DNA of 64,000 nucleotides. Source: Candidatus Accumulibacter jenkinsii (GTDB taxonomy: Bacteria; Pseudomonadota; Gammaproteobacteria; Burkholderiales; Rhodocyclaceae). A model generated the notes under the pieces. The model worked only from the letters and a program-made list of their open reading frames with translations. It searched no databases and had not been told where the DNA came from. Numbering within the stretch: the stretch's first letter is position 1; each line of letters starts with the position of its first letter. Of the stretch, positions 25,998 to 35,298 are shown piece after piece. The position numbers were made by a program, and so were the translations under genes. The stretch lies in contig JAZKUF010000005.1 of NCBI GenBank assembly GCA_036625225.1, positions 35,553 to 99,552 of the forward strand, read 5' to 3'.

Positions 25998-28100
25998 CTC
26001 AACCCCTCTTTAACATCTTCCTGGCATATTCCGGTCTTTTCCCGGGCAGCGCGCGCCTAGGCGGTTGATTTTATTGTTGGTAGATTTTCCAAAACGTTTT
26101 GTGGTGCCATAATAGTTTGGCTGAGGCGGCCAAACCCCTTGTTTTTGTTGTACGCTCGTGTGGATGTTTATACGCCAAACGAGAACGAACAACAAAGCCA
26201 CGGGTGAGGGCTACTTCACCTATCGACTGGTGCGCACGCAGCGTATCGGGGGCAAGGTCCGTCAGATCACGGTACTGAACCTGGGGCGGCACTTCCCGAT
26301 CAAGCAGGAAGACTGGCCGCTGTTGAGTAGCCGCATCGAGCAGTTGCTCAATCCTCAGGGGCTGCTCCTGCCCTTGCCCTGCCCGGAGGCCATCGAGCGG
26401 GCGGCGCAGCGCTACTTTGCGCAACTGGTGGCGCAGGCGCCAACCCTGGCGTCTGCGGCGGGGCAGCCCAGTGAGGGGGACGCCGGGCCAGCCAGCAAAC
26501 CGTGCCCGCCGCTAGACTTCCAGGAAGTCGATGTGGACTCGCTGCGGATGACCCAGCCCCGCTCGGTGGGGGTGGAGCAGGTCGGCCTGCATGCGCTGAG
26601 CGAACTGGGGCTCCTTGAAACGCTGAAGGATCTGGGCGTCAATGGCATCGTGCAAGCCTCGATCATCGGTAGCCTGATCGGCAGAATGGGCCAGCCGGGG
26701 TCGGAACGGGCAACCTGGAACTGGCTGCAACACCATAGCGCCTTGGGCGAATTGCTCGACTTCGACTTCCTGTCGATCTCTCACATGGGTTTGTACCGTG
26801 CCTCGGATGTTCTGATGAAGCATCGTGAAGCGATCGAAGCGCGGCTCTTTGGCTCTGTCCAGACGCTCTTTGATCTGCCAGAGACGGTCACGCTGTACGA
26901 CCTGAGCAACACCTATTTCGAAGGCGAAGCCAGCGGCAATGCCAAGGCCCGGCGGGGGCGTTCGAAGGAGAGACGCAGTGACTGCCCGCTGGTGACGCTT
27001 GGTCTGGTGCTCGACGGCAGTGGCTTCGTCAGGCGCTCACAGACCTTTGCCGGCAACGTCTCGGAACCCGGCACGCTCTCTGCCATGCTGGCCGGGCTCG
27101 GCACTCCGGCGGGCGCGCTGGTGGTGATGGACGCCGGTATTGCCACCGAGGCCAATGTGAGCTGGCTGGCCGAACACGGCTATCGCTATCTGGTGGTTCG
27201 CCGCGGCGGCAAGCGCCAGTTCGACCAGAGCCGCGCGGTGACCATTGAGACTGCCAGCGAGGAGCCGCTCCATCTGCAGAAGGAACCCAGCCCGGACGGC
27301 AAGGAAATCTGCCTGTATTGCCACTCACCGAGTCGGCAACTCAAGGAAGAAGCGATGCTCGCGCAGGCCTGCCAGCGGTTTGAAGCGGGATTGCAGGAGC
27401 TGAGCGAGGGTCTGCAAAAGCCGCAGAGCGAGAAACGCCACGACAAACTGCTCGAACGTCTGGGCCGACTCAAACAGAAGAGCCGCGGCGCCAGCCAACA
27501 CTATCAAGTCCAGTTCATCAGCGACGAGGGCAAGAAGGTGAGCGCGATCACCTGGCAGAAGGAGCTGGTCGCCGGCACGATGGCCACCCATCCCGGCGTC
27601 TATTGCCTGCGCACCAACGAACTGACCTGGGATGAAGAACGCCTCTGGCGCACCTATACGATGCTCACCGACCTGGAGAGCGTTTTTCGCAGCCTGAAGA
27701 GCGAGCTTGGCCTGCGGCCCGTCTATCACACCAACGAAGTGCGCGCCGACGGGCATCTCTTCATTACCGTGCTCGCCTATCAGTGCGTCCAGTTCCTGCG
27801 GGTCAAGCTCAAGGCGGCGGGAATAACCGACAGTTGGGCCACCCTGCGCGACATCCTCTCGGTACAGCGCCGGGTCACGGCGACCTTTACCCAGCGTGAC
27901 GGGCGCTCCTTGCATGTGCGCAAAGCGACCGTCGCCGAGCCCGAGCTGATGGCGATCTACCAGGCGCTGGGGCTCAACTGCGCACCAGGAGGAACCAGAA
28001 AACTGATCATCTGAATCCAAATCACCGGCGTGTAGTGCCACTCGAGCTTTTTTTAGACCGCAAGCGGTTGATTAAGGAAGATGCTTTTTCAGGCTTGTTA
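25998..28100 (+). mobile_element. IS1634-family (IS4 superfamily) insertion sequence; boundaries approximate
   Basis: Single transposase ORF. Imperfect terminal inverted repeats both contain CATCTTCC (near 26016 and, reverse-complemented, near 28075). The edges were inferred from where gpD homology stops and resumes. No clear target-site duplication was found. Confidence 0.6.
26164..28014 (+). CDS. IS1634-family transposase
   Basis: N-terminus 'MFIRQTRTNNKATGEGYFTYRLVRTQRIGGKVRQITVLNLG' is typical of IS1634-group transposases. Full-length ~616 aa with no frameshifts. Confidence 0.8.
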   Translation: MFIRQTRTNNKATGEGYFTYRLVRTQRIGGKVRQITVLNLGRHFPIKQEDWPLLSSRIEQLLNPQGLLLPLPCPEAIERAAQRYFAQLVAQAPTLASAAGQPSEGDAGPASKPCPPLDFQEVDVDSLRMTQPRSVGVEQVGLHALSELGLLETLKDLGVNGIVQASIIGSLIGRMGQPGSERATWNWLQHHSALGELLDFDFLSISHMGLYRASDVLMKHREAIEARLFGSVQTLFDLPETVTLYDLSNTYFEGEASGNAKARRGRSKERRSDCPLVTLGLVLDGSGFVRRSQTFAGNVSEPGTLSAMLAGLGTPAGALVVMDAGIATEANVSWLAEHGYRYLVVRRGGKRQFDQSRAVTIETASEEPLHLQKEPSPDGKEICLYCHSPSRQLKEEAMLAQACQRFEAGLQELSEGLQKPQSEKRHDKLLERLGRLKQKSRGASQHYQVQFISDEGKKVSAITWQKELVAGTMATHPGVYCLRTNELTWDEERLWRTYTMLTDLESVFRSLKSELGLRPVYHTNEVRADGHLFITVLAYQCVQFLRVKLKAAGITDSWATLRDILSVQRRVTATFTQRDGRSLHVRKATVAEPELMAIYQALGLNCAPGGTRKLII

Positions 28101-28859
28101 AACTTCGGTCAAGGTGCAGGCTTTCAATCGCCTGCACCGGCTGACCTTCGGAGATCATCAGCGCACCTTCAAGGACCGGACGTCCAGCGAGATCGCCTCC
28201 GAGATCGCCAGCAATCTGGGATTGACCGCTTCGGTCGACAGCACCCATGATAAACATCCGCATCTGACGCAGATCAACGAGACCGACCTTGCTTTCTTGC
28301 TGCGCCTGGCCCGGCCGCTGAACTACGAAGTTTCGGTGGAAGACAAGACGCTGAGCTTCTCCAAACCAAAACCGCAAGCCGGGGCCGTTGTCAGCCTGAC
28401 CTACCGACGCGACCTGGTCGAGTTCACGCCGCGCCAACGCGCTATGCCCGAAGGCACCCGGGTGGAAGTTCGCGGTTGGGATGTCAAGACCAAGAAGCCC
28501 ATCATCGGGAAGGCGGGGCCGGGCGACGAAACCGCCAAGATGGGCAGCGGCCAGACCGGGGCCGAGCGATCGGCAGCCGCTTTCTCAGCCACATCCACAA
28601 CCCGCACCATTAGCGCGCCGGCGCTGATCAACGCCGGCCAGGCGACACAGATCGCCAGGGCTTGGTACGATCGCCAACAAAACACCTTTATCAAGGCCGA
28701 GGGTGAATGTGCCGGGTCACCGTTGATCCGCGCCGGCAAGACGATCGATATCGCCGGCGTCGGCAAGGCCTTCAGCGCCATTTACTACGTCGATTCAGCC
28801 AAGCATACGATCGGACCGACCGGCTATCGCACCCGCTTCGAAGTGACGAGGAACACGCT

Positions 28860-29558
28860 GTGAGCCTTTGTCAGATGTTGACCCAGGCCGCATCTGTCGG
28901 CGCTGCCAGCGGCGTTGCTGGCGATCATGACAGCGCGGGTCGAGGCGCCGGGGCGGGGGCCGCAACCCTGGGCGTCGTTGTCGGGATCGTCACCAATATC
29001 AAGGACCCGGACAACCTGGGGCGTGTACGGGTGAAGTTTTCGTGGTTTTCCGAAGCCGATGAAAGTGAATGGGCCCGGGTCGCCACGCTGATGGCTGGCA
29101 AGGAACGCGGCAGCCTGTTCCTGCCGGAGGTCGATGACGAGGTTCTGGTGGCCTTTGAGCAGGGCGATATGCGCCGACCGTTCGTCATCGGCGCGCTGTG
29201 GAACGGTGTCGACACCTTGCCCACCGAGTTTGCCAACGACGGCAAGAACAATGTCCGGCTCATCAAGTCGCGCAGCGGCCACCTCATCAAGCTGGATGAC
29301 ACCAGCGGTAGCGAGAGAATCGAGGTGATCGACAAGTCCGGCAAGAACTCGGTCGTGATCGATACCAAGGACAACACCATCACCATCACTACCGACAAGG
29401 ACCTGATACTGCAGGCGCCCAATGGCAGGATCAGCCTCGAAGCCAAAGAGGTCGAGCTGAAGTCCAGCGCCGCTCTCAAAGTCGAGGCCGGATCGGAAAT
29501 GAACATCAAGGCGAGTGCGACCATGAATATCAAGGGAGCGACCGTCAACATCAACTAG
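28860..29558 (+). CDS. Spike protein (gpV/VgrG-like OB fold + beta-helix)
   Basis: 'GVVVGIVTNIKDPDNLGRVRVKFSW...EWARVATLMAGKERGSLFLPEVDDEVLVAFEQGDMRRPFVIGALWN', then beta-helical repeats ('VVIDTKDNTITITTDKDLILQAPNG...'). GTG overlaps the hub stop (GTGA). Confidence 0.8.
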   Translation: MSLCQMLTQAASVGAASGVAGDHDSAGRGAGAGAATLGVVVGIVTNIKDPDNLGRVRVKFSWFSEADESEWARVATLMAGKERGSLFLPEVDDEVLVAFEQGDMRRPFVIGALWNGVDTLPTEFANDGKNNVRLIKSRSGHLIKLDDTSGSERIEVIDKSGKNSVVIDTKDNTITITTDKDLILQAPNGRISLEAKEVELKSSAALKVEAGSEMNIKASATMNIKGATVNIN

Positions 29559-29673
29559 TTTTCATGACAGGGCGCCGGCTCCCGAACCGGCATCGAAGGG
29601 CCAGACCAGACAGGCCAGTGTTTCACCAACCCAGGGGACGACCCTCCCCGTAGAGTCCAATCAGGAGGATGCA

Positions 29674-30066
29674 ATGGGGCAGCCGGCGGCAAAGAAAGGC
29701 GATCAAGTCATGGCAACCGATATCCACATCGTGATGATCCCGGCCGGCCCCGCCCCGGTTCCCACGCCCTTGCCGCATCCTTTTACCGGTCTCATCGATG
29801 GCGGCCTCAGCGCCGACGTCAACATCATGGGCATGCCGGCGGCGACGGTGGACTCTACGGCGTCCAATACGCCTCCGCACATCCCCCCGGGGGGTCCGTT
29901 CCAGAATCCGCCCGGCAACAAGGCGACGATCAAGGCCGGCAGTCCTACCGTCAATATCAACGGAAAAATGGCAGCTCGCAATGGAGACATGGCAATGACC
30001 TGCAACGACCCCTCTGACCTGCCGAACGGCACCGTCGTCGCCGTGGGCACGGTGTCCATAGGATAG
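29674..30066 (+). CDS. PAAR-domain spike tip protein
   Basis: 'KKGDQVMATDIHIVM...PHPFTG...VNIMGMPAATVDS...GSPTVNINGKMAARNGDMAMTCND'. RBS 'aggagg'. Confidence 0.85.
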   Translation: MGQPAAKKGDQVMATDIHIVMIPAGPAPVPTPLPHPFTGLIDGGLSADVNIMGMPAATVDSTASNTPPHIPPGGPFQNPPGNKATIKAGSPTVNINGKMAARNGDMAMTCNDPSDLPNGTVVAVGTVSIG

Positions 30067-30069
30067 GCC

Positions 30070-30477
30070 ATGGCAGAACGTGATTTCCTGGGGGTGGGTT
30101 GGCAATTCCCGGTGGGGGTCTTCCGGGGTCCCGACGACGTGGTGCGAATCGGCGTCTCCGCGTATGAGCGCGCCGTACTGGAATCGATCCACATCCTCCT
30201 CGGCACCGCGCGCGGGGAACGGCTGATGCGACCCGATTTCGGATGCGACCTGAATCGTCTGACCTTCGCCGCCAACAACACGTCCACGGCGGGTCTGGCC
30301 ATGTTCTATGTTCGAGAGTCCCTGGAAAAGTATGAGCCCAGGATCGAGTTGCTCGCCGTTGACGCCAATCCTGATGCGCAGGTCGCGCAGCGCCTCTTGA
30401 TAGACATCGAATATCGGATTCTGGCAACCGACACCACGCACAATCTTGTCTATCCCTTCTATCTGGCGAGAGCATGA
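30070..30477 (+). CDS. Baseplate wedge protein, GPW/gp25-like
   Basis: 'FLGVGWQFPV...ESIHILLGTARGERLMRPDFGCDLNRLTF' is the gp25 family signature. Confidence 0.85.
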   Translation: MAERDFLGVGWQFPVGVFRGPDDVVRIGVSAYERAVLESIHILLGTARGERLMRPDFGCDLNRLTFAANNTSTAGLAMFYVRESLEKYEPRIELLAVDANPDAQVAQRLLIDIEYRILATDTTHNLVYPFYLARA

Positions 30478-33400
30478 TGGAGCCGCTCAGGCACCCGCCC
30501 ATTGAAGCCCGACAGGCAACCGAACTGTTGCGCGACATGATCAGGCGCATACCGATCTCCTACCCGGAGTGGAAGTCGGCGCGAGAGATTCCCCAGATTC
30601 CCCTGGATGTTCTGAGCCTGGCGGACGATACACGTGACTTCGGCATGGCGCTGCTGAAGCTCGCCGCCCATATGGGCCAGGTCATCGCCGGTCAGGTCAA
30701 TAGAATTCCAGACAAGAACTTCCTGGCCTTCCTCGACTTTGTCGGAATCGATCTGAGTCCGCCGAAATCGGCGCACGCGCCGTTGTCGTTTTTCCTGTCC
30801 GACAAGGCGCCGGATGATGGATTCGTTCCCCAAGGCACGCAGGTCGGTGCCGTCAAGCGCGAAGACGTCATCTTCGAGACCGACGAAGACCTGCTGGTGA
30901 GCCGGGCAACATTGCTGGGCGCCTATTCCGTCGACCCGGCCAGGGATCGCCATCTTGACCTGAGCGCCGTGGTTCTGGCGCCGGGCGCAGAAGCCATGGA
31001 TGTTTTCGGCGACTCCGGTTCTTCGCCTGCGTGGTTGCCCAACGAGCATGCCTTGTATCTCGGGCACGACACCCTGTTCTCCCAGGCTGCCGGGGCCGGG
31101 GACCCGCTGAGCATCATCTTCAAGATGGCGATTGGCGACACTCTGCCGGCGCTGGTCTGGGAGTATTCTACGGCCGAGGGTTGGCAGCCGGCGGTGGACC
31201 CGCTGACTACCTCGACTGGCCAGGTTCTGAAGACACCGGGTATCGCCAAACGCGCCGTCGAGGGCCACGACGACTCCGGCGAGGCGATCAGCAGGATCAG
31301 TTATTGGCTAAGGGCGAAGACCACCGACCCGAAGGCGCTGACGATCTCGAATGTGAGCGTGGCGGTAAGCATCGACAATAAAGCGGTGCCGACATACAAG
31401 GCCATGTTCAACCACGTCGCTCTTGACCTCAGCAAGGACTTCCTTCCCTTCGGCGAACGTCCCAGGTTCAACGATACCTTCTACATCGCCAGCCAGCCGG
31501 CATTTTCCGGCCACGCCTCGAGGGTTAGCTTCGCTATCGTATTGTCCAGGACCCCCGCCACGCCGACCAATGTCGGTCTGGATTGGGAGTATTGGGATGG
31601 AACGAGCTGGCAGCTTATTGCCCACACGACCCAGACCGGCACTCCCGACCCGATACCCAACTATCAATTTTCCGACACGACCAAGGCCTTTACCCAGAGT
31701 GGAAGCATCCGCTTCATTTGTCCGGACATGCAGCCAGCCTCTGTAAACGGCGAGGTGGATTACTGGATTCGCATCCGAATCGTGACGGGTGATTACGGCC
31801 AGGAGGCGACCTATCGGGCAACGGCGAACGATGCCCTGAAGGCGGAACTCGGAAAGATCGAGACCGACGCGACCCACTATCAAAAGATCATCGATCTCTT
31901 GACCCAATATGGGCTTGTCGACACCTATCAATATGTCGCCGCGACCTTCGACGCGCCGTCGATCAAGTCCTTGGATCTGGCTTACTCGCTGAGCACCACG
32001 ACAGGAACGACGATGCGCTTGACGAACAATGGTCTCGTCTACCGGGACGTGTCGTCGCTCGCCCAGTTTCAGCCCTTTTTCCAGGGAGACGACCATACCC
32101 CGGTGCTGTATCTTGAATTTGACTCCGTTACCGTCGTTCCCGGCACGCCGCTGTGTGTATACCTGCAGGTCGTGCAGCCGGTCTATGGCGCGCGCACCCA
32201 CACCGTCGGTTCCGCTGCGCGCCCCGCGGTAGTCTGGTGGTACTGGAATGGCACGTCCTGGACCCGCTTGCCGGCCGACGACGAAACAGACAACCTCACG
32301 CGTAGCGGTCTGCTTCGCTTCATCGTTCCGGTAGATGCCGCCGACCGCTATCTGTTCGGGAAGCGGCGCTTTTGGCTCAGGGCCAGTCTCGAGTCCGGCG
32401 GCTACCGCTCGCCGCCGAGGCTGGAGGGCATCCTCTTGAACACCGTCTGGGCGAGTCATGGCGTCACCTTCAGGGACCAGGTCCTCGGGTCGAGCAATGG
32501 CGATCCGAAGCAAATGTTTCAATACCCGAAGTTCCCGGTTCTGGCCGGGCAGCTGGTCGAGATTCGTGAACCGACCCTGCCGACAGACGCTGACCGAGCG
32601 CTGATTGTCGGCGCCGAAGGGCCGGACGCGATCCGTACCGTCACTGACAGCGCCGGCAATATCACTGAAGTCTGGGTGCGCTGGCACGACGTCTCGGCCC
32701 TGAGCTTGTCGACGGCTGCGGATCGCCACTATGTGCTCGACCGGGCGTCTGGCCGGCTCCTGTTTGGCGACGGCGTCCAGGGGCGGATTCCGCCCGCCGG
32801 CAAGGCCAATATCGTCGCCAGGACCTACCGAGCCGGAGGGGGCACGAAGGGGCTGTGCGCGAAGCGTACCTTGATCGAACTCAAGACGACCTTGCCACTG
32901 ATCGACAAGGTCACCAACTACGAATCCAGCGCGGGGGCCGCCGACCAGGAGAATATCGACAGCGTCGCCATGAGCGGCCCGCTGCGCATCAAGAGCCGCG
33001 ATCGTGCGGTGACGGTCGAGGATTACGAGTGGCTGGCCCGGGAAGCGGCCACCGAGGTCGCGAAGTCGCGCTGCCTGGCGCTGACCAGGGCGGAGTCGCT
33101 GCTGGCGGGGAATTCCCCCGGGAACGATCCGGGATGGCTCACGGTGATCGTCGTGCCCGACGGGCAGGAAGCGCAGCCGCTGCCGACCGAAGGTCTGATC
33201 AATACCGTCAAGGACTACTTGCGACAGCGATCCTTGCCAACGCTGGCGACCCGGATGGAGGTCATCGGCCCCAGATATGTCCCGGTCGATGTGTCTGCAG
33301 TGGTCGTTCCCAAGCGGATGGCAGAAGCCAAGACCGTCGAGAAGCGTGTCTTCGACCAACTCAAGGCCTTCCTGCACCCGCTGAGCGGCGGCCCGGATGG

Positions 33401-33599
33401 GGATGGCTGGGAGTTCGGCCGGAGCCTCTATCTGTCGGAAGTGGCCGCCATCGTTCAGGCGACCGACGGAGTCGATCGCGTGCGCAGCCTGATCTTCAGA
33501 AAGAGCGGTGACTTGACGCCGCCGCCCAATCAAATAGCCATCGGCGCCAACGATCTGCCGGCCGCCGGGAACCTCGCTGTTCTGGCCACGGAGGCCTAG
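30474..33599 (+). CDS. Large baseplate protein (Afp11/gp6-like region)
   Basis: 1041 aa, start overlaps the gp25 stop. C-terminal region 'VTVEDYEWLAREAATEVAKSRCL...LTVIVVP...' resembles the baseplate-J family. Position is conserved in eCIS operons. Confidence 0.65.
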   Translation: MMEPLRHPPIEARQATELLRDMIRRIPISYPEWKSAREIPQIPLDVLSLADDTRDFGMALLKLAAHMGQVIAGQVNRIPDKNFLAFLDFVGIDLSPPKSAHAPLSFFLSDKAPDDGFVPQGTQVGAVKREDVIFETDEDLLVSRATLLGAYSVDPARDRHLDLSAVVLAPGAEAMDVFGDSGSSPAWLPNEHALYLGHDTLFSQAAGAGDPLSIIFKMAIGDTLPALVWEYSTAEGWQPAVDPLTTSTGQVLKTPGIAKRAVEGHDDSGEAISRISYWLRAKTTDPKALTISNVSVAVSIDNKAVPTYKAMFNHVALDLSKDFLPFGERPRFNDTFYIASQPAFSGHASRVSFAIVLSRTPATPTNVGLDWEYWDGTSWQLIAHTTQTGTPDPIPNYQFSDTTKAFTQSGSIRFICPDMQPASVNGEVDYWIRIRIVTGDYGQEATYRATANDALKAELGKIETDATHYQKIIDLLTQYGLVDTYQYVAATFDAPSIKSLDLAYSLSTTTGTTMRLTNNGLVYRDVSSLAQFQPFFQGDDHTPVLYLEFDSVTVVPGTPLCVYLQVVQPVYGARTHTVGSAARPAVVWWYWNGTSWTRLPADDETDNLTRSGLLRFIVPVDAADRYLFGKRRFWLRASLESGGYRSPPRLEGILLNTVWASHGVTFRDQVLGSSNGDPKQMFQYPKFPVLAGQLVEIREPTLPTDADRALIVGAEGPDAIRTVTDSAGNITEVWVRWHDVSALSLSTAADRHYVLDRASGRLLFGDGVQGRIPPAGKANIVARTYRAGGGTKGLCAKRTLIELKTTLPLIDKVTNYESSAGAADQENIDSVAMSGPLRIKSRDRAVTVEDYEWLAREAATEVAKSRCLALTRAESLLAGNSPGNDPGWLTVIVVPDGQEAQPLPTEGLINTVKDYLRQRSLPTLATRMEVIGPRYVPVDVSAVVVPKRMAEAKTVEKRVFDQLKAFLHPLSGGPDGDGWEFGRSLYLSEVAAIVQATDGVDRVRSLIFRKSGDLTPPPNQIAIGANDLPAAGNLAVLATEA

Positions 33600-33601
33600 T
33601 C

Positions 33602-34648
33602 ATGCCGCTGCCGCTACCCGACCTCGACAAACGCCGCTTCGACGATCTGGTGGCCGAAATGCGCGTGCTGATTCCGCAGTTCGCGCCAGAGTGGACCAAC
33701 CACAATCCGTCCGACCCCGGTGTGACGCTGACCGAACTCCTCGCGTGGGTGACCGAAGTCAACCTGTATCGCGCCAATCGGGTGACGCCACGCACGGTGG
33801 CAAACTTCCTGTCGCTGTTGCTCGGCGAATCTTCGATCCCGAGCGAAGCCTTCCAGGCCGCAATGCACGGGGTGTCGTCAGCCGACATCGAGCGCAAGGC
33901 CCGGCAGGTGAGTGCCGAGATTGAAGACGTCTTTGTGCGCTACGCCGAGCAGGAAACCCGTGTCTCGGTACTGATCGTGGTGCGGGCCGGAGCGACGCAG
34001 CTTGCCGATATCGTCGCCGCTACCCAGAAACAATTGGCGAACTTATGGGTGGTGGGCCCGAAACTGACCGTTGAGCTACTCGAGAGCGCCAAACAGCGCG
34101 CCCTGCGATTCTTCAATGATCCCTACCGCGCCATCACTACCTCGGATTTCGAGCGTGAGGCAATGCTCGCCGACCCCGCAGTCGGACGGGTGGCCATCGT
34201 CGCCAACGCCTTGCTCGGCAGCATTACCGTCGCCGTCGTTCCGGCCACTGGCGTTGTCGCGAGCCCGGGCCTCCTGGCCAGGGTCAAGCGTCGACTCGAG
34301 GACCGAAAGCTGGTGGGCACCCGGATTATCGTCCGGCCCGCCGCCTACACCCGGGTTGACCTCAAGGTTCGACTGGGGGTGAGGCCCAATTCTCTGGCGG
34401 AAAAAGCCCTTTCGGATACCGACGTGCTGCTCAGGCGTTTTTTTGATCCGCTGGCCGGCGGTCAGGACGGCACTGGCTGGCCGTTTGGCCGGCCGGTGTC
34501 GGTGTATGAGCTTTATCGGATCATCGAATCGGTGCCGGGCGTGGACCACGTGGAAAGCGTCGAAATGAACGCTGACCCGGACCGCCACGAGGTACCGATT
34601 GAAGATCTGCCGATCATGGGCAGTCTGGAAACCATCACGGTGAATTGA
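33602..34648 (+). CDS. Baseplate J-like protein
   Basis: 'LPDLDKRRFDDLVAEMRVLIPQFAPEWTNHNPSDPGVTLTELLAWVTEVNLYRANRV' is the typical baseplate-J N-terminus. Confidence 0.7.
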   Translation: MPLPLPDLDKRRFDDLVAEMRVLIPQFAPEWTNHNPSDPGVTLTELLAWVTEVNLYRANRVTPRTVANFLSLLLGESSIPSEAFQAAMHGVSSADIERKARQVSAEIEDVFVRYAEQETRVSVLIVVRAGATQLADIVAATQKQLANLWVVGPKLTVELLESAKQRALRFFNDPYRAITTSDFEREAMLADPAVGRVAIVANALLGSITVAVVPATGVVASPGLLARVKRRLEDRKLVGTRIIVRPAAYTRVDLKVRLGVRPNSLAEKALSDTDVLLRRFFDPLAGGQDGTGWPFGRPVSVYELYRIIESVPGVDHVESVEMNADPDRHEVPIEDLPIMGSLETITVN

Positions 34649-34650
34649 CC

Positions 34651-35277
34651 ATGGCTGACGAAAACACCGATTATGCGTCGTTGCTGCCGGAGTTGCTGCG
34701 GCATCCGGATTCCAGCCCGACAGGAGCACAAGAGCCTTCGGCAGTGGTCCGTCTGCTGGCGGTCATCGATCCGATGTTCACGGACTTCGAACTGTTGCTC
34801 GATAACCTCTCCGACTATTTCGATCCGTGGCTGGCGCGCGAGGATTTTCTTCCCTGGCTGGCGAGCTGGACGGCGCTGGTGCTGCGCGCCGACTGGTCGG
34901 CGGTGCAGAAGCGAGAGGTGCTGACCAGGATCATTCCGCTTTATCGCAAACGGGGTACGAAAGCGGGCCTGGAAGAGTACCTGAAGATATACGCAGGCGA
35001 TGGCGTATCCATTCTTGACGAGCTTGATCCGATGCAGGTCGGCGTCACCTCGACGGTCGGCGTCGACACGGTCGTGGAAGGCCTGCCCGCGCACTTCTTC
35101 CACACCAATGTCGCTTTCACGACGCCGGATCCAGCCGAGTTATCCAGAAAAACGGCATCAGTACGGGCGGTGCTCGATATCGAAAAGCCGGCGCACACCT
35201 ACTACAACCTGAGCATTTCCGGTCCGACTTTCCAGATTGGTGTGCGGTCAATAGTGGGTAAGGACACTCTTATCTAG
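34651..35277 (+). CDS. Tail protein I (P2 gpI-like baseplate component)
   Basis: 'LLPELLR...FLPWLASWTALVLRADWS...REVLTRIIPLYRKRGTKAGLEEYLKIY' matches the Tail_P2_I pattern. Confidence 0.75.
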   Translation: MADENTDYASLLPELLRHPDSSPTGAQEPSAVVRLLAVIDPMFTDFELLLDNLSDYFDPWLAREDFLPWLASWTALVLRADWSAVQKREVLTRIIPLYRKRGTKAGLEEYLKIYAGDGVSILDELDPMQVGVTSTVGVDTVVEGLPAHFFHTNVAFTTPDPAELSRKTASVRAVLDIEKPAHTYYNLSISGPTFQIGVRSIVGKDTLI

Positions 35278-35298
35278 CGTCATTCAGGAGGCACCACG

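Larger units (their letters stand above)
25680..28863 (+). pseudogene. Baseplate hub gene (phage late control gene D / gp27-like) split by an IS insertion
   Basis: The 5' fragment (25680 to ~25995) ends '...FSGEVTALEPVFGGLEG'. The 3' fragment (~28102 to 28863) resumes 'TSVKVQAFNRLHRLTFGDHQRTFKDRTSSEIASEIASNLGL...INETDLAFLLRLARPLNYE', the typical gpD continuation. Confidence 0.8.

Noticed and set aside
31308-33533. 741-aa ORF on the minus strand, opposite the large baseplate gene.
   Set aside because: It is an antisense shadow ORF typical of high-G+C DNA. It is Arg/Gly/Pro-rich, has no motifs or RBS, and the plus-strand gene has family-typical sequence and overlapping stops and starts with its neighbours.
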